Shown: positions 50,417-61,250 of the stretch, piece after piece | Position numbering within the stretch: the stretch's first letter is position 1 | How the letters are laid out: every line of letters starts with the position of its first letter | NCBI GenBank assembly: GCA_963714015.1 | Contig: OY970223.1 | Location: 512,001-576,000 of the forward strand | Source of the DNA: Vulcanimicrobiota bacterium | GTDB taxonomy: Bacteria > Vulcanimicrobiota > Vulcanimicrobiia > Vulcanimicrobiales > Vulcanimicrobiaceae | Direction of reading: 5' to 3' | Length of the DNA stretch: 64,000 bases | Position numbers and translations under genes: made by a program | The notes under the pieces: model-generated | Seen by the model: only the letters and a program-made list of their open reading frames with translations | The model's database searches: none | Told to the model about the DNA's origin: nothing

Positions 50417-51292
50417 TCAGCTTGCCTTCCGTTTGGCGGCGCGCAGCTTGGCGCTGCGTGCGCGGGGATTTTGCTGGAGTTCGTCCTGGCCCGGAACGAC
50501 GGGCTTACGCGTGAGCACTTCAAGCCGTTCATCCTCACGGAAAGCGTGCTTGACGATCCGGTCTTCCAGTGAATGAAAGCTGATGGCGACAACGCGGCCC
50601 GCGTCACGCAGCCGATCGACTGCGGCGTCGAGGCCTTCACGCAGGACATCGAGCTCGTCGTTCACCGCAATGCGCAGCGCTTGGAATACTCGGGTTGCGG
50701 GATGGATCCGTTCGCGCCGCCCCGGCCGGTAGAGCAGTCCGCTGATCATCTGTCCGAACTCCACGGTCGTGTCGGGCAGCGTTCCGGTTTTGCGGCGCTG
50801 CACGATAACGCGCGCGATGCGCCGGGCCGCGCGTTCCTGTCCATAGTTAAAGAAGATGTCCGCCAGCTCGGATTCGCTGGCCGTCATGAGAATGTCGAAT
50901 GCGCTCCGGCCGACACGTGAATCCATCCGCATGTCGAGCGGCGCCGATTCTCGAAACGAGAATCCGCGAGAGCCCTCATCAAACTGCATTGACGAAATCC
51001 CAAGGTCGAAGAGGATGCCGTCGACCCGCTCGATTCCGAGCCGATCCAAGGCTGAGGAAATGTGGCGGAAGTTCGATTGCGCGAAGGTGAAATGCCGGTC
51101 GGCGATCTGCGCGGCGCGACCCGCTGCCGACGGATCTGCATCGAGCGCAATGAGCCGGCCGCTCGTCAAGCGCGCCAGGATGCCCCGGCTGTGTCCGCCC
51201 GCGCCGAACGTCGCATCGACATAGATCCCATCCGGGCGGATCGCCAAATACTCCAGCGAGGCCTCGAACAGGACCGGAACGTGTTGATCCAT
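50417..51292 (-). CDS. rsmH: 16S rRNA m4C1402 methyltransferase
   Basis: HVPVL, DATFGAGGHS, DLGISSMQ, ISFHSLEDRIVK, NPRARSAKLR. Confidence 0.97.
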   Translation of the reverse strand: MDQHVPVLFEASLEYLAIRPDGIYVDATFGAGGHSRGILARLTSGRLIALDADPSAAGRAAQIADRHFTFAQSNFRHISSALDRLGIERVDGILFDLGISSMQFDEGSRGFSFRESAPLDMRMDSRVGRSAFDILMTASESELADIFFNYGQERAARRIARVIVQRRKTGTLPDTTVEFGQMISGLLYRPGRRERIHPATRVFQALRIAVNDELDVLREGLDAAVDRLRDAGRVVAISFHSLEDRIVKHAFREDERLEVLTRKPVVPGQDELQQNPRARSAKLRAAKRKAS

Positions 51293-51310
51293 CCGTCCAC
51301 CACTCCGGCA

Positions 51311-51754
51311 TCAGTACAATCCCAGCTCCGCCATGATGTCGGACACGTCGTCAGCAGGCTTGGCATACTCGGCCACGCGCTCGCGAGCCCAAACTTCCAC
51401 CCGCGTTAGTGAACCTATCGAAGTCACATCCCGCTCGATGGCCGCGAACGTCCGCAGCGACCCGGGAATCAGCAGGCGGCCTTGCGCGTCGCACGCGACC
51501 TCTTCGGTATGCGCGAACACGTGGCGAACGAAGCGCCGAAACCGGTCGTCCTTCGTTGCTGCAGTCTCCAATCGCGTGCAGATCTGCTCCCAAGCCGACT
51601 CGGGATAGAGCAGCAGACACGGGTCGGACGAGGAAATAGTTAAGATGAAGCCTGTGCCTAGCCGCTCCCGGAACCGCGCAGGCACGATGAGACGCCCCTT
51701 CTCGTCCAGGGCGTGCTCGACCGAGCCGGTGAAGCGCGGCAAGTCCGCGTGCAA
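51311..51754 (-). CDS. mraZ: Division/cell wall cluster repressor MraZ
   Basis: LDEKGRLIVPARFR, DAQGRLLIP, RVEVW. Confidence 0.95.
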   Translation of the reverse strand: MHADLPRFTGSVEHALDEKGRLIVPARFRERLGTGFILTISSSDPCLLLYPESAWEQICTRLETAATKDDRFRRFVRHVFAHTEEVACDAQGRLLIPGSLRTFAAIERDVTSIGSLTRVEVWARERVAEYAKPADDVSDIMAELGLY

Positions 51755-51770
51755 GCTACCCTCCCTTGGT

Positions 51771-51823
51771 CACCACTTTGCACCACTTTGCACCACTATA
51801 CGCTTACGGCTCTCCCCATGCAA
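51771..51823 (-). promoter_or_regulatory. dcw promoter with three MraZ-binding direct repeats
   Basis: Minus strand TTGCAT-N17-TATAGT overlapping GTGGTG x3 at 10-bp period (CACCAC at 51771, 51781, 51791 on plus). Confidence 0.85.
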
Positions 51824-51989
51824 GGCCGGTACGCAGGCCTAAAACTTAGCGGAAGTTCGGGATTGACGGGACGTATTCGAACGCGTGTTCGATGCTCGAA
51901 CTGAGCGGTACGTTTCGAGGCAACGGCCGCGTAAATGATGCGACTGAAACATGCCGGAATGATCCTGAAGGACGCTAAAGCGGGAAACG

Positions 51990-53114
51990 ATGTTCGGCAA
52001 AGCGATCGCCATTGCGGCCATAGCCATCGCAGCGATTTCGGTTGTTTCAGCAAACGCTGAACCCTGGCGTGTGCCGCCGAGCACCAAGATCATCACCGAA
52101 CCGGTCACCTTTCATGACGCAGGCGCGACGCTGCGAGGAACGGTTTACATTCCGGATGTCCCAAAAGAAGTGCCGGCGATTGTCGTATTGCATGGAGCGT
52201 CGGAGCCGCTCGCAAGCACGCCCCTTTACGAACACCTGCGGTACGCGCTGCCCCAAATCGGCGTAGCGGTGCTGCTTTTCGACCGGCGCGGAACGGGAGC
52301 ATCGACCGGGAATCCAAAGGTGCCGTACAGCACGCTCGCCGAGGACGGTATCGCAGGCGCGCGCGCCGTTCGAAAGTTGCGGAACATCGACCCAAAGCGC
52401 GTAGGATATTGGGGCATAAGCCAAGGCGGATGGCTCGCAACGTTCTCAGCCGCCAGAGATCCCCAGGCCGCGTTCGCGGTTGCCGTGTCCGCACCACTCG
52501 TAACTGCAGAAACGCAGATGGAGTTTGCCATGTCAAACCAGCTCACTGTTCTGGGCTTCGGCAAGGCGGACATCGACGACATGCTACAAGCGCGCCGCGA
52601 ATTGGACGGATACTATAACGGCCGAAATTCGCGGACCGGCGCGGTAACCGCCCTAAGCAAAATCAGCGGCAAATCGTGGTTCAAGCTGATGTATCTGCCG
52701 GCGCCTCAGTCCGTACCTAAAACGTCCGCTTCGCGCTCGGCATACGTATGGCGCACCCAAATGGACGTCGATTCGGTCGCGTCGTTGTCGCAGGTGAAGG
52801 TGCCGACGCTTTTCCTCCTGGGCGATTCAGACCCGTGGATTCCCGTTCAGCGCACCACCGAGCTGCTTCGGGCGGCGTCGAAGAAACAGCCTTTGCTGAG
52901 CTATGCCGTCGTAGCCGACGCCAACCATCTCATGATGATCCCTCCGGCAAAGGAACGAATGAGCGATGCGTCCCCGGCCGAGGTAGCTGTGGAGAGACCT
53001 CAAGCGCCGGCGTATTTCCTGATCTTGGCCGCTTGGCTGCAAAAGAACGTCCTGGATCGGGGCGATGTACCGTTATGGAAAGCTGACAGGCGCCTGCCCG
53101 ATAGGACTAAGTAG
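51990..53114 (+). CDS. Exported alpha/beta hydrolase (S9/S15-like)
   Basis: Signal peptide; FDRRGTG, GISQGG, GDSDPW, ANH. Confidence 0.85.
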   Translation: MFGKAIAIAAIAIAAISVVSANAEPWRVPPSTKIITEPVTFHDAGATLRGTVYIPDVPKEVPAIVVLHGASEPLASTPLYEHLRYALPQIGVAVLLFDRRGTGASTGNPKVPYSTLAEDGIAGARAVRKLRNIDPKRVGYWGISQGGWLATFSAARDPQAAFAVAVSAPLVTAETQMEFAMSNQLTVLGFGKADIDDMLQARRELDGYYNGRNSRTGAVTALSKISGKSWFKLMYLPAPQSVPKTSASRSAYVWRTQMDVDSVASLSQVKVPTLFLLGDSDPWIPVQRTTELLRAASKKQPLLSYAVVADANHLMMIPPAKERMSDASPAEVAVERPQAPAYFLILAAWLQKNVLDRGDVPLWKADRRLPDRTK

Positions 53115-53183
53115 CAACTGGCCAAGGTTTGCAGTATAGTGGAAGTGCCGGGCGGTTAGAGCTTCTCGAGGAGGGACCGTCAA

Positions 53184-53567
53184 ATGACTCGCCTTCTGAG
53201 CCGGCGCTCTATCGTTTTCTTAGCAGCCTATCTGCTAATGACGATATCGGTCGTGCTCCCATCAGCTCCCGCGAACGCATGCAACAAGTCGTTTCGCGTT
53301 TACAACGATACCGACACCGCGATCGAACAGCTCTTCGTTTCTCCAACGTCCGCCTCTAATTGGGAAGACGACGTGCTCGGAGATAACATGCTCGATTCCG
53401 CCGAGAATACTTTGATCGACATGTCAAGCGATCAACGCGACTTGAAGATGTACGACGTCAAAGCGGTATTCACCAACGGCGCCGTGGTCATCGGCGACAA
53501 AATTCCGATTTGCGCGGCCGTACACGTACATATTCGGGCGAGCGGAGTCACCTACACGACAGAATAG
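53184..53567 (+). CDS. Exported hypothetical protein
   Basis: Signal peptide; FRVYNDT..IEQLFVSP....WEDDVLG, YDVKAVF; SD GAGGAGG. Confidence 0.75.
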   Translation: MTRLLSRRSIVFLAAYLLMTISVVLPSAPANACNKSFRVYNDTDTAIEQLFVSPTSASNWEDDVLGDNMLDSAENTLIDMSSDQRDLKMYDVKAVFTNGAVVIGDKIPICAAVHVHIRASGVTYTTE

Positions 53568-53716
53568 GGGCCCGGCGTGCCGTTGCAGGGAACCCCCCGG
53601 CGAGAGGTAAGACGTCTGATGTGTTGAAGGGAAAGCGGCATCATGCCGATTTCTTCCGGCTGCCGAATCGACGGCGAGGACGTAGGTGCACTCGGTAAAA
53701 CACCCGTTCGCATGGC

Positions 53717-56211
53717 ATGCTTCGCCGGCGATGCCGGGATCGGTGCGTTTCCGTAACGCGACTGATTGACGCCAATCTCGGGCGAGCAACTCTTGTATCT
53801 CTCGCCATGGCGCTGACGTCCGCCGCTTCTGCGAGCGCGGCAGATCTCGGCGGCTACGTGCACCGGACCGTGCAGGCGCCCTACCGATTCCTCGACACGA
53901 TCGTACGTCTTCATTTCGACATCGGCGCGGGAATCGTCTATGGCCGCGAGACGGCCATAATCTCCGCAAAAGGCGCGATGCAGGACATCCCGTTCAACAC
54001 GAGCGGCATCCACTACCGTAGCATCACCGTCAGCGGAATACCCAGCGCCTATGCGGTACGCGAGCGCGAAGAAAGGCTGACGATCCGCCTCGCCAAACCG
54101 GTCACCGCCGGCAAACGGCTGCGCATCGATTTCGACTACTGGGCAAAACCGCGGCGCGGCCTTTACTTCATTCGACCGGACAAGTCATATCCGAATGAAA
54201 CGCCGCAAATCTGGACGCAAGGGGAGCCTACGGACAACCGCGCGTGGTTTCCCACTTGGGATCAGCCGAATGAAAAAACTCCGAGCGAACTGATCGTCTC
54301 GGTACCGCACGGCTGGACCGTCATCGGCAACGGATATCTCAAGACCCACACTCGCCTCGCTTCCCACGACGTATGGGATTGGGCCGCGCCCCGTCGGAAA
54401 TCAACATATCTCATTGCCTTTGCCGCCGGACCGCTCGTCGAATGGCACGACGCGCTCGGACGCCTTTCCATCGACTCGTTTGTGAAACCGCCGTTAGCAC
54501 CTTTCAACGCACAGTGCTTTCGCGAAACGAAAGCAATGGTCGCGTTCTACCAGCAGATCACAGGCACGCCGTTCCCGTTTGCGAAATACGATCAGATCGC
54601 TGCCGAACGTTTCATATTCGGCGGTATGGAAGACGCGTCCGATACGATAGTCACGGAGGTTGCGCTCCATCCCGCAATCGAAGAGGCGGAAAACCCATGC
54701 GATCGGCTCGTCGCGCACGAACTAGCGCAGCATTGGTACGGTGACGACGCGACGATGGCAGACTGGGCCGACATCTGGCTGAACGAAGGTTTCGCGACGT
54801 ACTACGACGAGCTTTGGACCGAGCATCGCTTCGGCGTTCCCGATTTCGAGTATGCGCGTTACAATGCGCAGCAGGCATATTTCTCAGAGGCGCAGCTGTA
54901 CCAGCGCCCCATCGTTGACTATAAATACGCAAATCCGCTCCAAGATGTTGATCGACGCCAGCAGCCACGAACGTCCCGCGCAAGTCCTCCACATGCTGCG
55001 GACGATGGCCGGCGATGCGCGCTTCTTCGCCGCCGTCGACGCCTATCTGCACGAGTATACCTACCGCAACGCCGACACGCATCAATTCTTCAAGGCGATC
55101 GGCAAGTCGCTCGGCATGAACCTCGATTGGTTCGAAAACGAATGGTTTTATCGTGCGTCGTATCCGCGCTTCGTCGTGTCGCAAAAGTACGAAACCGCAA
55201 CGCGTACGCTGCTGCTGCACGTGGAGCAGCACAACGTCGACGGACGCCCGTTTCGCATGCCCATCGCCGTGGAAGTCTTTACGGACGGCCGCACGATCTC
55301 CACGACGGCGATACTGCGGAGGAACGTGCAGGATCTCTCGATCGAGAACGTCCGCTCGTATCCGCAGATGGTGCTCTTCGATCCCGACAACAATCTCTTG
55401 CGCCGGCTAACGTTCGGGAAAACCACAGCCGAGCTGGCATACCAGCTGTCACATGCACGCCACGTCGGAGATCGTGAATGGGCGCTCGCGAAACTCGCGA
55501 GCGACGCTAGCGCTTCGCCGCCCACGCATGCGGCTGCGTTGAGAGCGATCCGGTACGCCGCCGGCTACGATCCGTTCTGGGGGGTTCGTCAGGACGCGGT
55601 TAGCGCAGCCGCGAGCTTCGATGACGCCGTGGCGGTCGAGCGCGCGTTGCACGACGCGGACGTACGCGTTCGCATCGCCGCCGAAAACGCCGCCGGCCAT
55701 CTCCACGGTCCGCCCGCAGCATTGGTCGCCGCACTGCAGCGAGATTCCAGCGACGCAAATCCGGATGTCGCCGCCGCCGCGCTCACGGCTCTCGGCGCGC
55801 TGCGGCCGCTGCAAGAATGGGAGCGCCTGACCTCCGCGCTCAATCATGCATCCTTTGGCGACGCCGTGGCCATCGGAGCGCTCAATGGACTAGCGGTCCA
55901 CTGCGATCGGTCGGCATACGAGCTCGATTCGGCAGCGCACGGCGTACGGCATCGACGAGCCGGAACGAGACGCCGCCGTTCAAGCGCTCGCGCAATGCGC
56001 GCTGCAGCGCAAAGAGCCCGATCTGGCACTCAAGCCGCTTACGAATCTCGCTTTGTACGATCCGCTGATCTCGACGAGAATCGCGGCGGCAGCCGCGCTT
56101 GGAACGCTGCACGACAAGCGGGCCATTCCGTCACTCCAACGCATCGAAGCGACCGATCCGCTCGAGCTCGTGCGCGAAAATGCGCGCGCCGCCGTCACCG
56201 CACTGCGATGA
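53717..56211 (+). CDS. M1-family aminopeptidase-like protein with C-terminal HEAT repeats (two frameshifts, near 54945 and 55926; start uncertain)
   Basis: WTQGE, WFPTWD, STYLIA, GGMED, HELAQHW, WLNEGFATY; continues in ORF 54852 (VLHMLR) and a third frame ending ...VRENARAAVTALR. Confidence 0.85.
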
Positions 56212-56226
56212 CGAGCGCCGGGCCCG

Positions 56227-56925
56227 TTAACGCCGGCGCAGCAACGCTTCGATTCCCTCGCGCGATCCCTGCAGGTGGGATTTCGCCAGCCTACGCACCT
56301 TTGAGATCTCGCCCCGCGCGATCGCCGAACACAACGCGTCGTGCAGCGTGTCGTCCTCGTCACGAATATAACGCGCATCGATGGCGGCATTGACTGCAGG
56401 CTTCGCGATCTCGACGAGGGAGGCATAAATGTCGTACAATGCGGTGTTCTTCGCAGCCCGCGCGATCGCAAGATGAAAATCGAAATCAGCATCGCCATAC
56501 GCCGCAACGTCGCCGAGCTTCGCCGCCGCTGCCCGCAGCTTGAGCGCTTTACGCATCGCCGCCACATCACGCGCGCTGCGCCGCGCGGCAGCCAATTCCG
56601 CAAGCGGCACTTCAAGGACGAGCCGCGCCTCGTAGAGGTCGTTCAATGCGGCACGCCCGAGCCGTTCCTCAAAGCTTTCGCGCAGCGCCCCTTCGGCTAC
56701 GAACGTTCCCTCGCCATGGCGCACGTTCACGACTCCCGTGCTCGATAGCACGCGCATCGCCTCGCGCACCGTCGAACGGCCCACGCCAAACGTTTCGCTT
56801 AGGGCTCCCTCCGGGGGCAAACGGCCTCCGACGGCATACGTACCGTTGACGACCAGGGCGCGAATCCGATCGGCAACCTGCTGCGCGAGGCTGTCCCGCT
56901 TTACTCTTCGGGCCGGCATGAACAT
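56227..56925 (-). CDS. GntR/FadR family transcriptional regulator
   Basis: RLPPEGALSETFGVGRSTVREA, GEGTFV, FCD domain DFDFHLAIA. Confidence 0.92.
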   Translation of the reverse strand: MFMPARRVKRDSLAQQVADRIRALVVNGTYAVGGRLPPEGALSETFGVGRSTVREAMRVLSSTGVVNVRHGEGTFVAEGALRESFEERLGRAALNDLYEARLVLEVPLAELAAARRSARDVAAMRKALKLRAAAAKLGDVAAYGDADFDFHLAIARAAKNTALYDIYASLVEIAKPAVNAAIDARYIRDEDDTLHDALCSAIARGEISKVRRLAKSHLQGSREGIEALLRRR

Positions 56926-57163
56926 CGCTTCGTCCACATGGCTTCCGCCGCCTCGAACTATTGCCAGGCCCGCGTGTATCGGGATCTGAACGCATCCTGC
57001 GCCCGCAGTTCGCATTCGGTGCGCAGATGGTTGGCCATTTCCACTCGACAGGCACGCTCGAAGCGCTCCGCCAAGTCACCATTTTGAGATCAATTGCGTT
57101 CTAGAGGCTTGAGTGCACGTCACTGTGCTCGATCAGGCAACAGAACGAAAGGAGTACGAGATC

Positions 57164-57526
57164 TTGAAGGAAGTTTCCCTAATCCTCTATCCTGCAGCAG
57201 ACGTAACGAAAACCAAGCAGTTTTTTCGCGAGCTCACCGGTGTCGACCCTTACGTAGATTCACCGCAATATATCGGCTACAAGAATGGCGATATGGAAAT
57301 CGGACTGGTTCCAAGCAAACGCGAATCGGGTGGCCTTCCGTATTGGACCGTAAGCGACATCGAGGCCAGCATTAAAGCGCTCGTCGATGCGGGCGGCACA
57401 GTCGAGCAGCAGATCACCGACGTCGGTTACGGGTTGCTGGTTGCCAGCGTCAAGGATCCCGGCGGATCGAGCGTCGGCTTGCGGCAGTTCCCGAAAGGTA
57501 ATGATCAAAGCGCTGGTCCGGCTTGA
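57164..57526 (+). CDS. VOC/glyoxalase family protein
   Basis: TTG start after AAGGAG; YWTVSDIEA...AGG, KDPGG. Confidence 0.85.
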   Translation: MKEVSLILYPAADVTKTKQFFRELTGVDPYVDSPQYIGYKNGDMEIGLVPSKRESGGLPYWTVSDIEASIKALVDAGGTVEQQITDVGYGLLVASVKDPGGSSVGLRQFPKGNDQSAGPA

Positions 57527-57608
57527 ATCTGGGGCTTATTCGTCCTGTCTTGCTTGTCTCGCAACTAGGGCAGCAATGAAGAAGAAGGCGCCGGCATTGG
57601 CAAACGCG

Positions 57609-58481
57609 TCAGGACGCTGCGTGGGCATTCGGCGCAGAGCGGACGGGCCAAACGGTCAGTACGCGCGATTGCCAATCGAAAATCGTATTAAAGCGGCGCA
57701 GCAAACCGTCGCCGATGCTTCCCATCAGGCTCGAGGTCGAAAAAGCGCCCGCATTTCCGAGCGGTATGCGGGTGCGCACGTCCGGCACGGAAAATCCGAA
57801 AACCGTTCACCGTGCTCGAGAAGACGTCACCGCGGATCGGGCCGCCGATGCCGTAACCGGTTACCACGTTGCGTGCGCTCATGGGCAACGCGTAAAAGCC
57901 TTTTGCGCGCGCGAACCGCTGAAACACCGTAAGAGCGGAACGATCGCCCGTATCGACGGCCATATCTCCGTGCACGCCGTTGATTGCGCCCTTGACAACG
58001 ATAAGCCCGTCTTTAACCTCAAATGGAATCCGGTGCGCGCTCGCCGGAGCTTCGGGCATCGTGGAAGAGACCGCCAGGAGACGACCGTCCATGTCTATCG
58101 CGGTGTACCGCGTCCTCAAAGCGTCGTAGCCGATAATTCCGTCGAGTTGGGGAAACCCGAAAATTTTGCGGATGGCGTCGAGACTCACCACCAAGGCCGG
58201 CATTCTTCCCGTACGGTAGCTCCCAGCTGCACACTGCGTATTTCGGTCAGATACGTCTGCGCGCGCCGGGCGCCTGCGCCCCCGACGAGGGGTCCGCGCT
58301 TCAACGCGAGATGCAATTGCGCCGCGGCTTGAGGCGTAAGTCCGATGCCGTTGGTTCCCGTATCGAATATCATGGCAAAGCCGCGCTTGCCGTTGACGTC
58401 TGCGCGAACGACGATGCGGTTGTCGACGATTTGAAACGGCACTCGCGTCTGCAGCGCCGCAGCAAGTACGAGGGCGACCAT
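57609..58481 (-). CDS. Exported retropepsin-like aspartyl protease with two DTG motifs (frameshifts near 58215 and 57806)
   Basis: MIFDTGT (ORF 58185..58529), DGIIGYD and AVDTGDR (ORF 57688..58554), then GSIGDGLLRRF...* in the third segment. Confidence 0.8.
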
Positions 58482-58596
58482 CTGCCGCTCGAAGTTGCGG
58501 CTTATTTTGCACGCCCCTGCTTGCCGCAATTATGGCATCGCATAGAGGAACCAACCGCTATTCCGAACACCAGTTCGCAGCCTGATTTTTTTTGCA

Positions 58597-58623
58597 TGTC
58601 GAAATCGGCCGGCCTCGGGCGAC
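58597..58623 (+). promoter_or_regulatory. Putative ECF42-type promoter
   Basis: TGTCGA-N17-CGAC upstream of a DGPF/YciI gene. Confidence 0.6.
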
Positions 58624-58663
58624 GTATCAGCAGAGCACGTTCACTCGATAGGAGCAACCGCAC

Positions 58664-59011
58664 ATGAAAGTAGTTTCCATATTCACGATCGATCCCGCGA
58701 CTGCTAAGCCTCCGACTCCCGAAATGCAGCAGCGCATGGGCGAACTGATCGGCGAGATGCGCGCGAAAGGGATTCTTATCGAAACCGGCGGCCGCGGTCC
58801 GTCCAGCGACATGCTCGAGCTGCGGGTCTCGCGCAAAAGCGGGTCATACGACGTAACGGACGGCCCGTTTGCCGAAGCCAAGGAAGTCGTCGGCGGGTTC
58901 GCGCTCATGGAGCTTCGCGATCGTGACGACGTCATCGCTTGGTCTAAGCGGTTCCTCGATATTGTCGGCGATGCGACCTGCTATCTGCACGAAGTCGAGA
59001 TGGCTCCCTAG
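58664..59011 (+). CDS. YciI/DGPF family protein
   Basis: VTDGPFAEAKEVVGGF. Confidence 0.92.
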   Translation: MKVVSIFTIDPATAKPPTPEMQQRMGELIGEMRAKGILIETGGRGPSSDMLELRVSRKSGSYDVTDGPFAEAKEVVGGFALMELRDRDDVIAWSKRFLDIVGDATCYLHEVEMAP

Positions 59012-59013
59012 CC

Positions 59014-59403
59014 ATGCAAGTCGCACGCACGGTCGTTCGGATACTGATCGGTTTACTGTTCGTCTTTGCGGGAGTGATGACGTTCGTCATCGCCCCGCCG
59101 CCGCAGCCGGGCTTAGCCGGAACCGTAAGCGAAGCGCTGTACCGTTCGCATTGGTCGTTTTTCGTAGCGTTCGCTCAAATCGCTCTCGGTGCGTTGTTCT
59201 TATGGAATCGATACATGCCGATAGCGCTCGTAATACTCTTCGCATTCCTCTACAACAGCCTTGCGTTCCACTTGGGAACTTCGCCGGCATTTGCTCCGGT
59301 TCCAATCGTCATCGCGGCGCTGGCAGTTTTCGTGGCGTGGCCGTACCGCGCCGCCTTCGCGCCGTTATTTCGGGCTAAGCCCGAGATGAATCGTTTGGGC
59401 TAA
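59014..59403 (+). CDS. DoxX-like membrane protein
   Basis: VRILIGLLFVFAG; four TM segments; NSLAFH. Confidence 0.75.
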   Translation: MQVARTVVRILIGLLFVFAGVMTFVIAPPPQPGLAGTVSEALYRSHWSFFVAFAQIALGALFLWNRYMPIALVILFAFLYNSLAFHLGTSPAFAPVPIVIAALAVFVAWPYRAAFAPLFRAKPEMNRLG

Positions 59404-60092
59404 TCTTTTCCGAAAGCGTAGGATGGGAACGTCACGCTTTCGAGCCGGAGCGAACTGGTAAAGGGTGCGTCGGTGCGATCGTTCGGCGGCGGAGTCCAAA
59501 CGGCGTCAATCCGGGATATCCACCACGTTTGGTTCGGGGGAAACGGCTCGAACGCGTAATCGATGAGCCCGGACCAGCCGTTTTGGTGCATGGCGTACGT
59601 AAGTTTGCGCACGTCGGAAGTCTGCGCGTCGACCCAGACGGCACGCAGAGGATAATAGTCCGGGTCGCCCAGCGGCCTAAGCACCAAGTGGTAACATTCT
59701 CGGCCGTCCACCGGCTCCTCACCGGCCGGCGTGACGTCGTAGTGAATCGCATGCACCGATGCAATCGTGCGCAAGTCTGAAACAAACGGATCGATCTGGG
59801 TGCTATGCGGATACTGCGCCGCAATGTTGAATCCCAGCGGCGAGCGTCCCGGTCCGACGCAAGCCGGTCCTATCGACGTCGCCGGCTGCGGCGAGTCCGA
59901 GTCGAGCTCGCGTGTTTTACACCAGTGGTCCTCGGTGCGCAGCAGCACATGTTCGATTCCGGTCGTGACTTTGCCGCCGGCGTTAACGTGCTTAATCCGC
60001 ACGTCGAAATCGATGAACGGCGGCAGCCTGCGGCTCTCCCAGGCGCTTTGCGCCTTTTGGAAGATTGCTAACGGTGGAGGCGGTTGGAGCAT
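59400..60092 (-). CDS. Hypothetical protein with LolA/RseB-like motif
   Basis: GEEPVDGRECYHLVLRP..DP...LRAVWVDAQT. Confidence 0.7.
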   Translation of the reverse strand: MLQPPPPLAIFQKAQSAWESRRLPPFIDFDVRIKHVNAGGKVTTGIEHVLLRTEDHWCKTRELDSDSPQPATSIGPACVGPGRSPLGFNIAAQYPHSTQIDPFVSDLRTIASVHAIHYDVTPAGEEPVDGRECYHLVLRPLGDPDYYPLRAVWVDAQTSDVRKLTYAMHQNGWSGLIDYAFEPFPPNQTWWISRIDAVWTPPPNDRTDAPFTSSLRLESVTFPSYAFGKD

Positions 60093-60099
60093 CTAGTGC

Positions 60100-60921
60100 T
60101 CAAGGAACGATTGCAACAACGCGGGCGGGGAAGCCCGAGCCGCCTTTCGGTTTTGCGAACGTCACCATTACAAGCGCTCCGGCATCCGGGACACGATCCA
60201 GATGTGCGAGCATTTCTATTTGATAATGGCCTTGGTGGAGGAGCCAGGACTCCAGTGAATAGTCGTTGTGGGAAGCTGCCACGCCGGGATCCGTGTCGGT
60301 CGTCTCGTGTCCAGTCGCGGTGACGTGACGCACTTGGTACAAGTACTTGAGTACCGGCATGCTCCATCCGGGGTAGTGCGCCACACCGTGCGCGTCTTTG
60401 TTGGCCATAGCAGCGGCGTTAGGCCAGCGTTTCGACCAGTCGGTTCGCATCGCAACGAAGGCGTCCGCCGGTATAGGACCATGAGCGGACTCCCACGCAC
60501 GCACGTCTGCCATGGTGAGCGTATAGTCGGAATTGCGCGCAACTTTCCCGTGCACGTCGATGACTACTAACGGCAGCAGCATCTGGCTGGGGTCGATTTG
60601 ATCCACGGTGCGGCCGCCGGGCGCGAAATGCGCCGGAGCGTCGACGTGCGTTCCCCATTGGCCCACGTGACAGAACTCCTGCGCGAGAAATCCATCGTGC
60701 CGGTAAGTGTAGAGCGTCTTCACAGTCTCATCGGGGAAACCGGGCCAGTGCGGAATACCGGGGGCAAACGCGTGCGTCAGGTCGACGAAACGATGCGCGT
60801 GCAGCGTGCGGTAAGCTTGCGTCAACGTCGGAGGTGCCTGCGCGGGAGCGCGCAGCGCAGCAGCTCCGTAACCAATTATCGAGCCGGCAAATACGAGAGC
60901 CGCTGCTGCCGATAATTTCAC
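60100..60921 (-). CDS. Exported cyclase (kynurenine formamidase-like) family protein
   Basis: VDLTH, GTHVDAPAHF, RTDWS, GSGFPARV. Confidence 0.9.
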   Translation of the reverse strand: MKLSAAAALVFAGSIIGYGAAALRAPAQAPPTLTQAYRTLHAHRFVDLTHAFAPGIPHWPGFPDETVKTLYTYRHDGFLAQEFCHVGQWGTHVDAPAHFAPGGRTVDQIDPSQMLLPLVVIDVHGKVARNSDYTLTMADVRAWESAHGPIPADAFVAMRTDWSKRWPNAAAMANKDAHGVAHYPGWSMPVLKYLYQVRHVTATGHETTDTDPGVAASHNDYSLESWLLHQGHYQIEMLAHLDRVPDAGALVMVTFAKPKGGSGFPARVVAIVP

Positions 60922-61250
60922 GCTGCACCTCCGGAACGAATGCGAACGTAGCCTTGCAGCCGGCGCTTCGCCTTTTTGAAGGCACCGCGGACGGCGAGAA
61001 CCGGATCTCTGAAGGCCGGCTCCAATTCGCCGTCCTCGCGATTGATGAAGATGTCTTCGCCCGGCACGCTCACTACGATTCGCGCGTGAAACGGCGCGCC
61101 GGCACGTTTATGGGCGTGCTCCACGACCACTCGGCAGGCGATGATGTGATGATAATACTTATCCAGCCGCTCCGCCTCACGGGTAATGAGCTGATCGAGC
61201 GCTTCAGAGTGCCGTACGTCACGGTACGAGATCTGCACGGGAATAGCCAT
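60918..61250 (-). CDS. HPF/RaiA family ribosome-associated protein
   Basis: VQISYRDVRHSEAL, CRVVVE, AVRGAFKKAKRRL; GGAGG SD. Confidence 0.85.
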   Translation of the reverse strand: MAIPVQISYRDVRHSEALDQLITREAERLDKYYHHIIACRVVVEHAHKRAGAPFHARIVVSVPGEDIFINREDGELEPAFRDPVLAVRGAFKKAKRRLQGYVRIRSGGAA

